A stretch of 33,364 nucleotides of DNA from an uncultured Ectothiorhodospiraceae bacterium (GTDB lineage: Bacteria > Pseudomonadota > Gammaproteobacteria > SZUA-152): NCBI GenBank assembly GCA_964614545.1, contig CAZTPE010000002.1:1-33364 (forward strand), in the 5' to 3' direction. Below are positions 25,107 through 33,364 of this stretch, in pieces. The first letter of the stretch is position 1. Each line of letters opens with the position of its first letter. The notes below the pieces were generated by a model. The model saw only the letters and a list, made by a program, of their open reading frames with translations. It did no database searches and was not told where the DNA came from. The position numbers were made by a program, and so were the translations under genes.

Positions 25107-25591
25107 ACCCAGCCAGCCAACCGGTATTGCAACTGCGCGACATCCACCTGCCCGCCGAACCCGGCTGGTGGCCACCGGCCCCCGGCTGGTGGGTGGTCGC
25201 CGCGCTGTTGCTGGCGCTGCTGGCCTGGACGGCACGCATTGCCCTGCGCCACTACCGCCTGCATAAACAACGCCAGCACATCCTCGCCATGCTCGACACG
25301 CTGACGCAGCGACCCGACGACGCAAGCCCACAAGCCATCGCGGAGATCTCCACCCTGCTGCGCCGCCTGGCGCTGATGCGTTATCCCCGCCAGCAGGTCG
25401 CCGCCCTGACCGGCGCCGACTGGTTGCAATTTCTCGACCGTTCCGGTGGCGAGGGACGTTTCAGCCAAGGCCCCGGCCAAGTGCTGGCCACCGGCCCCTA
25501 TCAACCCAATCCGCCCACCGACCTGGACATCGCGGCGCTGAGTGCGCTGGTACGCGAGTGGGTAAAGAAGAACACGGATCGCCAAAAATGA
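25103..25591 (+). CDS. DUF4381 domain membrane protein
   Basis: 162 aa. Motif LRDIHLPAEPGWWPPAPGWWVVAALLLALLAW (the characteristic WWP.APGWW followed by a TM helix). ATGA overlap with the DUF58 stop. Confidence 0.75.
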   Translation: MNPASQPVLQLRDIHLPAEPGWWPPAPGWWVVAALLLALLAWTARIALRHYRLHKQRQHILAMLDTLTQRPDDASPQAIAEISTLLRRLALMRYPRQQVAALTGADWLQFLDRSGGEGRFSQGPGQVLATGPYQPNPPTDLDIAALSALVREWVKKNTDRQK

Positions 25592-26604
25592 GTATTGAAT
25601 TCGCCTGGCCCTGGTTGTTCGCCACCCTGCCCTTGCCACTGCTGGCCCTGTTGCTGCCACGCGCACCCAGCGCCGCCCCGGCCACGCTGCGCTTCCCCTT
25701 TTATGACGCCCTACAGGCCAGCCTGCAAAGCCACGCCGGCCGACGTTCCCGGCTGCGACTGACCCTGGCGGTGCTGGCCTGGCTTCTGCTGGTGCTGGCG
25801 GCGGCGCGCCCGCAGCTGATCGGCGAGAGCGTACACCTACCGATCAGTGGTCGCAGCCTGATGCTGGCAGTGGACATCTCCGGTTCCATGCAGAACGAGG
25901 ACATGCAGATCCGCGGCCGTCAGTTGAGCCGCCTCTCTGCCGTCAAGCGAGTAGCCGGTGATTTCATCGAGCAACGCAAGGGCGACCGCATCGGCCTGAT
26001 CCTGTTTGGCGACGAGGCCTATCTGCAGGCACCGCTGACCTTCGATCGCAACACGGTACGCACCCTGCTGGATGAGGCACAGATCGGCCTGGCCGGGCAA
26101 CAGACCGCCATTGGTGACGCCATCGGCCTGGCCATCAAACGCCTGCGCAAGGAGCCAGCCAGCAACCGGGTACTGATCCTGCTCACCGACGGCACCAACA
26201 CCGCCGGAAACGTCGACCCGCTCAAGGCCGCCGACCTGGCCGCCCGCGAAGAGGTGCGCATCTACACCATCGGTATCGGTAGCGGCGAAATGCAGGTACA
26301 GACGCCCTTCGGCCTGCGCCGGGTGGCGACCGGTGATCTCGACGAGGCCAGCCTCAGGACCATCGCCGAGAAGACCGGCGGGCGTTATTTCCGTGCCCGC
26401 GATACCACTCAGCTGGCGGAAATCTATGACCTGCTGGATCGCATCGAGCCGGTTTCCGAAGACGAGCAGACCTGGCGGCCGGTGGATGAACTCTATTTCT
26501 GGCCGCTGGGTGCCGCCCTGCTGCTCAGCGTACTGATCGCCCTGGGCATCGCCTTCGGCGGACGCGCGTCCACCGTGCCCAGCACCGAGGTACCCCATGC
26601 CTGA
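25588..26604 (+). CDS. batA: vWA-domain membrane protein BatA-like
   Basis: The ATG at 25588 overlaps the DUF4381 stop (ATGA). N-terminal TM segment FAWPWLFATLPLPLLALLL. MIDAS motif LAVDISGSM. Also LLTDGTNTAG, and a C-terminal TM helix. Confidence 0.85.
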   Translation: MSIEFAWPWLFATLPLPLLALLLPRAPSAAPATLRFPFYDALQASLQSHAGRRSRLRLTLAVLAWLLLVLAAARPQLIGESVHLPISGRSLMLAVDISGSMQNEDMQIRGRQLSRLSAVKRVAGDFIEQRKGDRIGLILFGDEAYLQAPLTFDRNTVRTLLDEAQIGLAGQQTAIGDAIGLAIKRLRKEPASNRVLILLTDGTNTAGNVDPLKAADLAAREEVRIYTIGIGSGEMQVQTPFGLRRVATGDLDEASLRTIAEKTGGRYFRARDTTQLAEIYDLLDRIEPVSEDEQTWRPVDELYFWPLGAALLLSVLIALGIAFGGRASTVPSTEVPHA

Positions 26605-28642
26605 GCAATTCCATTTCCTCCAGCCCCTGTGGCTACTGGCCCTGATCCCGCTGGCCCTGCTGGTCTGGCGTCTGCGTCGGACGGCGACGGGCGACAACCC
26701 GTGGGCCCGCATTATCGATGCCCGTCTGCAACCGCTGCTGCTGATGGGGCAGACACACAGGGTCGGCCATTTCCTGTTATGGCTGCTCGGCCTGGGCTGG
26801 CTGCTCGCCACCCTGGCACTGGCCAACCCGGTGTGGGAAAAGCAGCCGCGGCCGCTGTTTCAGACCAGTGCGGCACGGGTCATCGTACTGGATCTGTCGC
26901 GTTCCATGCTCGACCGGGATATCAAGCCCTCACGACTGGCGCGGGCACGTTTCAAGATCGAGGACATCCTTGCCCACAACGACGAAGGACAGACCGGCCT
27001 GGTGGTGTTTGCCGGTGATGCCTTCACCGTCACCCCGCTGACCCGCGACACGGATACCATTCGCGCCCTGCTCAAGTCGCTCGACCCGGACCTGATGCCC
27101 GTGCAGGGCAGCCGCGCCGATCTGGGCCTGCAAAAGGCCGGCGAGCTGTTGCGTCAAGCGGGCCTGGGCAATGGCCAGATCCTTCTACTGGCCGATGGAG
27201 TAACGGGCGACAAGGCCCGCGAGGTCGCCGCGCAATTGTACGACAAGGGCTACCGCGTATCGGTGCTCGGCATCGGCACGGAAAATCCTGAGCCGCTAAC
27301 CAATGCGCAGGGGCAACTGCTGCGCACCCGTGATGGTCAGCTCATCCTGCCGCCGCTGGAAAGTGACGCACTCCAGGCCGTGGCCGAGGACGGTGGCGGC
27401 CGCTACCGCCGCTTCAGCAGCAGTGATACCGACATCGCCGCCCTGCTGAGAGACGACACGCCCCTGTCCGCCGAAAAGCCCCTTCGCAGCGACCAGCAGG
27501 GACAGGATTGGCAGTCACGCGGCCCCTGGTTGGCGGTGTTACTGCTACCGCTGGCGGCACTGGCCTTCCGCCGTGGCTGGCTGCTAAGCCTGGTATTGCT
27601 GGTCGGTGTGCTGTCGCCGCCGCAGCCGGCCATGGCCGCCGGTTGGAACGACCTCTGGCAACGCCCCGATCAACAGGCGGTAAAGGCCCTGTCGGCAAAA
27701 GACTACGAACGCGCCAGCCGGATCGCGCAAGACCCCCTGCTACGGGGCAGCGCCGAGTACCGGCGCGGCAATTACGCAGAGGCGCTGGAGGCCTTTTCCC
27801 AAGCCAGCGGCGCCAGCGCCGATTACGACCGGGGCAATGCACTGGCGAAACTCGGGCGTTACAAAGAGGCCATTAGCGCCTACGACAACGCATTGAAATC
27901 GGCGCCGGGCATGGAAGATGCGCAAGCCAACAAGGCTGCGGTCGAGGCCCTGCTGCGCCAACAGCAGCAAAAGAAAGATCAGTCGCAGGACAAGCAGGAT
28001 AAGGCGAACAAAGAGGGTAAAGAAGGCAAAGAGGGCCAGCAATCCCAACAGGACAAACCATCTCAGCAGGATGGGCAAGGCAAACAGTCTCAGCAAGGCA
28101 AGGACTCGCAGGCGAGCAAACCGTCCGGGCAGGATCAACAGTCGGAACAGGATCAACAGTCCGCGCAGGAAGAACAGTCCCAGCAGGGCAAGTCGTCCGA
28201 GCAAGACAAACCCTCGCAACAGGGCAAGGCATCGCAGCAGGACAAACAGGGCGAACAGGGTGAGGCACAGCCAAAAGATGACGCCGCCGACAAGAGCACC
28301 TTTGCCGATGCTGCAAGGGCACTGGAAGAAAAAGAGGCTGAAAAAGACGCGCCGGAAGAGCAGAAACCCACCGACCACGCTGCAACAGAAAAGCAGCCGG
28401 GGAAGCGGGCCGAACAACAGACAGCGAACGGTAAGCCATCACCATCGCCCCGGCAGCAGACACCGCCGGCAGACGGCCAACCAGTTCGTGCCCAACCCCT
28501 TAGCAGCGAGGAACAGATGGCGGCCGAACAATGGCTGCGACGCATCCCGGATGACCCCGGTGGCCTGCTGCGGCGCAAGTTTCTTTATCAGTATCAGCAA
28601 CGGGCGCAGCGTGAAGGCACCGGCAGCCCTCAGCCCTGGTAA
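26597..28642 (+). CDS. batB: vWA + TPR fusion protein (BatB/BatC-like) with long Q/K/D/S/E low-complexity linker
   Basis: 681 aa. 8-nt overlap with the batA stop. N-terminal TM helix. MIDAS motif VLDLSRSM. Second TM helix near aa 310-340. TPR repeats: YRRGNYAEALEAF...GNALAKLGRYKEAISAYDNALK. Low-complexity region at aa 455-558. Conserved tail EQWLRRIPDDPGGLLRRKF. Confidence 0.85.
   Translation: MPEQFHFLQPLWLLALIPLALLVWRLRRTATGDNPWARIIDARLQPLLLMGQTHRVGHFLLWLLGLGWLLATLALANPVWEKQPRPLFQTSAARVIVLDLSRSMLDRDIKPSRLARARFKIEDILAHNDEGQTGLVVFAGDAFTVTPLTRDTDTIRALLKSLDPDLMPVQGSRADLGLQKAGELLRQAGLGNGQILLLADGVTGDKAREVAAQLYDKGYRVSVLGIGTENPEPLTNAQGQLLRTRDGQLILPPLESDALQAVAEDGGGRYRRFSSSDTDIAALLRDDTPLSAEKPLRSDQQGQDWQSRGPWLAVLLLPLAALAFRRGWLLSLVLLVGVLSPPQPAMAAGWNDLWQRPDQQAVKALSAKDYERASRIAQDPLLRGSAEYRRGNYAEALEAFSQASGASADYDRGNALAKLGRYKEAISAYDNALKSAPGMEDAQANKAAVEALLRQQQQKKDQSQDKQDKANKEGKEGKEGQQSQQDKPSQQDGQGKQSQQGKDSQASKPSGQDQQSEQDQQSAQEEQSQQGKSSEQDKPSQQGKASQQDKQGEQGEAQPKDDAADKSTFADAARALEEKEAEKDAPEEQKPTDHAATEKQPGKRAEQQTANGKPSPSPRQQTPPADGQPVRAQPLSSEEQMAAEQWLRRIPDDPGGLLRRKFLYQYQQRAQREGTGSPQPW
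27959..28270 (+). repeat. Degenerate coding low-complexity repeat (SQQ[DG]K-type) inside batB/C, including an 18-nt tandem duplication
   Basis: Encodes QQQQKKDQSQDKQDKANKEGKEGKEGQQSQQDKPSQQDGQGKQSQQGKDSQASKPSGQDQQSEQDQQSAQEEQSQQGKSSEQDKPSQQGKASQQDKQGEQGE. The 14-mer caggatcaacagtc occurs at 28130-28143 and again at 28148-28161. Confidence 0.7.
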
Positions 28643-28667
28643 GCAATGAATAAATGGAGAGTGTGAA

Positions 28668-30551
28668 ATGAAATCCAGGCCAAATAACCCAACCCGGCAC
28701 CTTCGTCGCAATCCCCTGTGGCCAGCTTCCCTGCTGGTGCTGGTGCTGATGCTGCTGGCGGCCGGTCCCGGTGCGGCAGCCGTGCGCGCCAGTCTCGACC
28801 GCAACACAGTCTACGCGGGCGATGTCTTCACCCTGACCATCGAGAGTGACGGTCAGTCATCGGACCAGCGGCCAGACCTTACGCCCCTGGAAAAGGACTT
28901 TGAGGTGCGGGGCACCAGTACCAGCACCCAGGTGAGTATCATCAACGGCCGACGCAGCGACAAGACACGGTGGCATGTGCAACTCCAACCGCGCCATCGT
29001 GGCCAGCTGCGTATCCCTCCCCTCCACGTCGGTGGGCAACAGACCGCCGCTATCGAAGTGAAGGTCAGCGAGCCCCCGCAGCAGGCAGCGGCCCAGGCCG
29101 GCCAGCACGTCTTCATCGAGACCGAGGCCAACACCGACGGCAAGCCGGTCTATGTGCAGCAGCAGATCCCCTACACCGTGCGCCTCTACTACGATGACCG
29201 GCTGCAGGAGGGTGGGCTCAGTGCACCAGAACCGGAAAATGCCGTGGTCGAACGGCTGGGTGAAGAGAGGCGTTACGACACCGTGCGCAATGGTCGCCAG
29301 TACCACGTCATCGAACGCAATTACGTGATCTCGGCGGAGAAGAGTGGCACCCTGACCATTCCGCCCGCCCTCTTCCGTGGGCGTATCGTGGTCCCACAGC
29401 AGGGCGGGCGCACGTCTCGGCCGAGCAGCCCGATGGAGGAATTTCTCAATAACAGCCCCTTTGCCAATGACCCTTTTTTCCGCAACCGGCTCGGGGGCGG
29501 CGGGCTGTTTGGCGGCCCATTTGCTAACCCAGGCCAGCCCATCACTATCCGCAGCCGCTCGCTTGATCTACAGATCAAGCCCCGACCCGCGACGGCTGGC
29601 CACAACTGGCTGCCGGCCGAGGCAGTGACCCTGAGCGACAGCTGGACGGAAAACCCGCCACAGCTCAAGGTCGGCGAGCCTGTCTCACGCACCATTACCC
29701 TTCAGACCAAGGGACTGTCCGGTTCGCAGATCCCCGAACTGACCATCACCGCCCCGGCCAATACCCGCCTGTACCCGGAGGCATCGACACAGGAAAACCG
29801 TACCGATGGCACAACCATCTACGGTGTACGCACCCAGACCCTGACTTACATTGCCGGTGCGCAGGGCATGCTGGACATACCGGCCATCACCCTCAACTGG
29901 TGGGACACACGCCATGACAAGCCGGCCAGCAGCACCCTGCCCGCCTGGCAGTTCAATGTGCTGGCGGGCGCACCCGGTACCACAAGCGAGACGCAGGCAA
30001 CCATTCCCACCCCGGCTGCACAAACAGCACAGACGGGGCGCAGTCTGGAGACGATAATCCGCGAAGCTATACAGACAAACCGGCACTGGCTGATGATTGC
30101 CGGCGGCGGCTCATTACTTGCCCTGCTAATTATTGTTATGTTGGTCCGGCGCGTAAAACGGCGGCATTTGGCCACTACACCGGCCAGCAAAAAACCCGAT
30201 TCACAGACTGCCGGGCAAAGCAAACAGCCGGGGCGAAAACCCGCCCTGCGGCAACTGGAAAAGGCCTGTGCGGCCAATGATCGACAAGCCGCCGCGCGGG
30301 CACTGTTAAGCCTCGCTCACAGCGACTGGCCAGATGATCCGCCGCGCAGCCTGGGGGCACTGGTGGCACGCATCGAAGCGGGACAGACGCAGCTGCTCCG
30401 CGAACTGGACCGCAGCCTCTACGCCACCGGCACCACAGACTGGAATGGCGCCGCACTGTGGCATGAATTCAGACAAGGCCTGCAGGAAAAGAAAGCTGCC
30501 AGGCAACACCGGGATGACGGGCTGAAACCGCTTTATCCGCAACGTTCTTAA
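28668..30551 (+). CDS. batD: BatD-like (oxygen tolerance family) membrane-anchored protein
   Basis: 627 aa. GGAGAG SD. Signal peptide, then ASLDRNTVYAGDVFTLTIES..., typical of the BatD N-terminus. Single TM helix near aa 480-500 (WLMIAGGGSLLALLIIVMLV). It is the last gene of the MoxR/vWA operon. Confidence 0.75.
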   Translation: MKSRPNNPTRHLRRNPLWPASLLVLVLMLLAAGPGAAAVRASLDRNTVYAGDVFTLTIESDGQSSDQRPDLTPLEKDFEVRGTSTSTQVSIINGRRSDKTRWHVQLQPRHRGQLRIPPLHVGGQQTAAIEVKVSEPPQQAAAQAGQHVFIETEANTDGKPVYVQQQIPYTVRLYYDDRLQEGGLSAPEPENAVVERLGEERRYDTVRNGRQYHVIERNYVISAEKSGTLTIPPALFRGRIVVPQQGGRTSRPSSPMEEFLNNSPFANDPFFRNRLGGGGLFGGPFANPGQPITIRSRSLDLQIKPRPATAGHNWLPAEAVTLSDSWTENPPQLKVGEPVSRTITLQTKGLSGSQIPELTITAPANTRLYPEASTQENRTDGTTIYGVRTQTLTYIAGAQGMLDIPAITLNWWDTRHDKPASSTLPAWQFNVLAGAPGTTSETQATIPTPAAQTAQTGRSLETIIREAIQTNRHWLMIAGGGSLLALLIIVMLVRRVKRRHLATTPASKKPDSQTAGQSKQPGRKPALRQLEKACAANDRQAAARALLSLAHSDWPDDPPRSLGALVARIEAGQTQLLRELDRSLYATGTTDWNGAALWHEFRQGLQEKKAARQHRDDGLKPLYPQRS

Positions 30552-30559
30552 AGGGGAGT

Positions 30560-30706
30560 TTCCAATGCTATTAAGTTAGCCTGACGTCCTGCTTATTGTA
30601 GGTTGGCGGTGACGCAGGAACCCCAACATTGTCGGTTTCGTTGGGGTTCGCAAGCTCACCACCAACCTACAAAACAGTCATAATTTTTAACTTAATGGCA
30701 TTGGAA
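30560..30706. repeat. Three-tier nested palindrome (REP/MITE-like element, possible bidirectional terminator)
   Basis: Outer arms: 30560-30578 ttccaatgctattaagtta vs 30688-30706 taacttaatggcattggaa (18/19 plus a G.U). Middle arms: 30596-30612 ttgtaggttggcggtga vs 30656-30672 tcaccaccaacctacaa (16/17). Inner arms: 30618-30627 gaaccccaac vs 30640-30649 gttggggttc (10/10, 12-nt loop). Followed on the plus strand by the T-rich tttctatttattttg. Confidence 0.7.
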
Positions 30707-30734
30707 GAGTTTCTATTTATTTTGATAATGAACC

Positions 30735-30757
30735 ACCCCGTAGCAAGCTGACGGGGT
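30735..30757. terminator. Short GC hairpin between the convergent batD and glgP genes
   Basis: accccgt (30735-30741) / agcaagctg / acggggt (30751-30757). The flanking T-richness is modest, so assignment to either strand is uncertain. Confidence 0.3.
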
Positions 30758-30803
30758 ATCGTGTTGTGGGAGCGGCCTCTTGACTACCTGCGGAAAGACA
30801 TCA

Positions 30804-33323
30804 TCACCGATACCAGAGAATCATGTTCGCCTCCAGCGGCACACTGGCCAGCGGATGCGCCGGGACAATGCGAGGGGTGTAGTCTGAAAGCGGCCGATCG
30901 GCAGCGACGCTGCCGGAATAGAGCCAGGCATTGGCGGTGCCCGCGAGTGCCGTGCCTCGTTGCAGTGGCCGGCGTCGTGGCGCACCACCGTTCTCGGCGT
31001 CGGCATACAGCTCGACGCTCACCGCTTGCGGCGGGATATCGTCGAGATAGACCTGCACCTCGACCTGCCAATCGTCATTGTCTTTCCGTGTAATCACATT
31101 GCCGAAGTGAATACGCGGCCAGTGCTGTTGCAGACGCTGGTGCCAATCCTCCAGTTCAGTGGCAACAGCCGGTTCACTACTGCGCTGCTGCCAGGCCTTG
31201 GCCAACGGCACGTAATAGTTCTCGGTGTATTCGCGCAACATCCGGTTACTGGAAAACTGAGTGGTGAGGCGGGCCATGCTCTCACGTATACGACTGACCC
31301 AGGCCTGCGGAATGCCATCCTCATCGCGCTGATAGAAACAGGGCACCACCTCTGCTTCCAGCAATCGGTAAAGCTGCTCCGTCTCGGCAAGATCCCAGGC
31401 CGTGATGTCGGCATGCTCGCGGCCATCGCCCAGCGCCCACCCCAGTTCCGGCGCATACGCCTCGGCCCACCAACCATCCAGTTCCGACAGATTGAGCCCG
31501 CCATTGACCAGTACTTTCATGCCACTGGTGCCGCTGGCCTCCCAGGGACGGCGCGGGGTATTGATCCACACATCGACGCCCTGGGTCAATTGGGCCGCTA
31601 CCTGCAAATCATAATCCTCGACAAATACCACCTGTCGCCAAAGGCTATATTGCTCTAAAAATTGCTGCCATTGTTGCAGCATTTGTTTGCCGATATTGTC
31701 TTGGGGATGGGCCTTTCCGGCGATGATCAGTTGTACCGGACAATCACGGTTGGTAAGCAGGCGTACCAGCCGATGCGGGTCATGGAGCAACAGATTGGGA
31801 CGCTTGTATTCGGCAAAACGGCGGGCAAAGCCCAGCGTCAAGGCATCGGGCTCGAGGGCATTGGCATATTCCCGGCTGCGAGATTCCTCCGACCCTCGGC
31901 CACGGTATTGATGCACCAGACGCTGGCGCAGGTAGGCCACCAGCCGCTGACGGCCGTGGGAGCGGAAACGCCACAGCGCCGCATCCGGTAGCTGGCGCAG
32001 ATCCACCTCCACGGTTTCCAAAGTGCCACGCCAACGATGCTTTCCGCAGGCCTCGGTCCACAGGGAATCCGACTCGGGGGAGTCCCAGCTCGGCACGTGA
32101 ACACCGTTGGTGACGTAGCCTACCGGCACCTCGGCCTGCGGCCAGCGAGGGAATAACGGGGAAAAGATACTGCGGCTGACCTCGCCATGCAGGCGACTCA
32201 CGGCATTGCTTGCCCCTACGCCGTGCAAGGCCAGATAGGCCATATTGAACGGCTCGCCGTCATCATCGGCGTGAGTTCTCCCCAATGCCAGCAGGCTGTT
32301 CATTTCAATACCCAGCTCAGTGGCCATGGACTGGAAATACTGTCTGACCAATTGAGGTGAGAAGCGGTCGAAGCCCGCCTCCACCGGCGTGTGGGTGGTG
32401 AACAGGTTGCCCGCACGGGTGGCCCGCAGTGCTTCGCCAAAGGTACAGCCCGCACGCTGCATGTGGTAACGCGCCCGTTCAAGAATGGCGAACGCCGCAT
32501 GTCCTTCGTTGAGATGACAGACGGGACAGTGGATGCCCAGCGTTTCCAGCAGCCGCCAGCCACCGATACCCAGCACCATTTCTTGCTGCAGGCGCTTCTC
32601 TTTGCCGCCACCATAGAGTTCACTGGTAATACCCCGGTCGCCTGGATCGTTGAGTGGGTCATTACTGTCGAGCAGCAACAGCGAGCGGCGCCCGACCTGC
32701 GCGCGCCAGGTACGCAGGTGCAGGGAACGGCCGGGCAGCCCGATGCTGATGCGCACCCACTCACCCTGATCGTCGCGCAGCGGCACCACCGGCAACATGG
32801 TCGGGTCGTTGTAGGGATAAAATTCAATCTGTTCGCCTTCGGCACTTAGCGCCTGGCGAAAATAGCCCTGCTGGTAAAGCAGGCCAACGCCGATCAGCGG
32901 CACGTCCAGATCGCAGGCGGTTTTGAGATAGTCCCCTGCCAGCACACCCAGCCCTCCGGAATAGATGGGCAGCGATTCACAAATGCCAAATTCCATGCTG
33001 AAGTAAGCGACATAACCATCAATAGCGCCATCGATGGTTTCCGAGAACCAGGATTTTTCACTGAAGTGGGCCTCGCGCGCATCAAGCTGCTGTTGCAGCA
33101 TGTCGAGAAACGCCCCATCCGTGGCCAGCGCCCGCAGACGCCGGTCGGAAACCGTCTCCAGAATCAACCAGGGATTGGCCGTCGCCTCCCACAGCTTTGG
33201 GGCCACCTGGCGCCACAGGACATCCGCACCATGATTCCAGCTCCAGCGCAGGTCCAGTGCCAGCGTTGCCAGCCCCTTCAGGGGATCGGGTAAGGCACGC
33301 GGGAGGTAGTGGTTCATCTGCAT
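30804..33323 (-). CDS. glgP: Alpha-glucan (glycogen/maltodextrin) phosphorylase, GT35 family, long-form with DUF3417-type N-terminus
   Basis: 839 aa. GGAGA SD. N-terminus LALDLRWSWNHGADVLWRQVAPKLWEATANPW. Motifs: YFSMEFG, GGLGVLAGD, and PLP-lysine region WEASGTSGMKVLVNGGLNLSELDGWW. Confidence 0.9.
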   Translation of the reverse strand: MQMNHYLPRALPDPLKGLATLALDLRWSWNHGADVLWRQVAPKLWEATANPWLILETVSDRRLRALATDGAFLDMLQQQLDAREAHFSEKSWFSETIDGAIDGYVAYFSMEFGICESLPIYSGGLGVLAGDYLKTACDLDVPLIGVGLLYQQGYFRQALSAEGEQIEFYPYNDPTMLPVVPLRDDQGEWVRISIGLPGRSLHLRTWRAQVGRRSLLLLDSNDPLNDPGDRGITSELYGGGKEKRLQQEMVLGIGGWRLLETLGIHCPVCHLNEGHAAFAILERARYHMQRAGCTFGEALRATRAGNLFTTHTPVEAGFDRFSPQLVRQYFQSMATELGIEMNSLLALGRTHADDDGEPFNMAYLALHGVGASNAVSRLHGEVSRSIFSPLFPRWPQAEVPVGYVTNGVHVPSWDSPESDSLWTEACGKHRWRGTLETVEVDLRQLPDAALWRFRSHGRQRLVAYLRQRLVHQYRGRGSEESRSREYANALEPDALTLGFARRFAEYKRPNLLLHDPHRLVRLLTNRDCPVQLIIAGKAHPQDNIGKQMLQQWQQFLEQYSLWRQVVFVEDYDLQVAAQLTQGVDVWINTPRRPWEASGTSGMKVLVNGGLNLSELDGWWAEAYAPELGWALGDGREHADITAWDLAETEQLYRLLEAEVVPCFYQRDEDGIPQAWVSRIRESMARLTTQFSSNRMLREYTENYYVPLAKAWQQRSSEPAVATELEDWHQRLQQHWPRIHFGNVITRKDNDDWQVEVQVYLDDIPPQAVSVELYADAENGGAPRRRPLQRGTALAGTANAWLYSGSVAADRPLSDYTPRIVPAHPLASVPLEANMILWYR

Positions 33324-33364
33324 CGCGTCATCTCCAGAAACTCAACAAGCACCAGCCACACTGG

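Noticed and set aside
23333-26826. Three long minus-strand ORFs (23333..24307, 24321..25331, 25837..26826; 324-336 aa) plus several others antisense to the MoxR/DUF58/BatA genes
   Set aside because: They are Arg/Ala/Gly/Pro-rich with no recognisable motifs. They lie exactly antisense to genes with clear family signatures in a very GC-rich region, where stop codons are rare in all frames. These are typical shadow ORFs.
27740-28649. ORFs 27740..28417 (-), 27873..28463 (-) and 27918..28649 (+) overlapping the batB/C low-complexity region
   Set aside because: They are alternative-frame or antisense readings of the repetitive cag/caa/aag-rich segment. The products are monotonous Leu/Phe or Arg/Ser/Lys strings. 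The annotated frame is the one that connects vWA, TPR and the conserved C-terminal tail.
30596-30672. Possible tRNA-like or integron attC-like structure (ggttcgcaa T-loop-like string; gttagcc near 30574)
   Set aside because: No cloverleaf can be drawn: there is no acceptor or anticodon stem arrangement, and the T-stem is not complementary. gttagcc does not fit the GTTRRRY core. No integrase or cassette context is present. It is better described as a nested REP/MITE-like palindrome.
1-33364. Search for CRISPR arrays, rRNA/tRNA genes, transposases/integrases, toxin-antitoxin pairs or recognisable phage-defence genes
   Set aside because: I found no regularly spaced direct repeats and no recombinase, nuclease or NTPase-effector signatures beyond the classical MoxR/vWA Bat operon. 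The DUF360 'holin-family' gene stands alone, with no endolysin or phage context.

Overview
This 33.4-kb window looks like proteobacterial chromosome. It is densely coding and contains no rRNA, tRNA, CRISPR array, transposase or integrase that I can recognise.

Gene content, in window order:
- (a) A minus-strand envelope-stress cluster made of a six-BON-domain secreted protein, a glycine-zipper lipoprotein and an HdeD-like membrane protein. It runs directly into a divergent enolase, which is cut by the window edge.
- (b) A long minus-strand unit: AhpD-like CMD protein, E1-alpha, CDF metal transporter, E1-beta, E2, DUF1003 membrane protein, small coiled-coil protein, PEP synthase.
- (c) A second minus-strand unit: dihydrolipoyl dehydrogenase, Prx6-type peroxiredoxin, phosphate acyltransferase, class I FBP aldolase, PfkB-family kinase, TauE/SafE permease.
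- (d) A plus-strand block: DUF360 membrane protein, OmpR-type response regulator and HAMP histidine kinase, a REP-like hairpin, a YfdX-family periplasmic protein, then a tightly coupled MoxR/DUF58/DUF4381/BatA/BatB-TPR/BatD (Bat, aerotolerance-type) operon.
- (e) A convergent alpha-glucan phosphorylase.

Most unusual observations:
- A CDF transporter carrying an extra C-terminal NifX/NifB-like domain is translationally wedged between the E1-alpha and E1-beta genes of a heteromeric 2-oxoacid dehydrogenase. A DUF1003 membrane protein is coupled to E2 in the same operon.
- All four component types of a lipoamide-dependent peroxidase relay (Lpd, lipoyl-E2, CxxCxxxH AhpD-like protein, peroxiredoxin) lie within about 12 kb.
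- A three-tier nested palindrome sits between the Bat operon and glgP.

All functional calls come from reading motifs in the supplied translations. No database search was possible, so family assignments are recognition-based. Start codons were refined by hand from SD motifs and stop/start overlaps.
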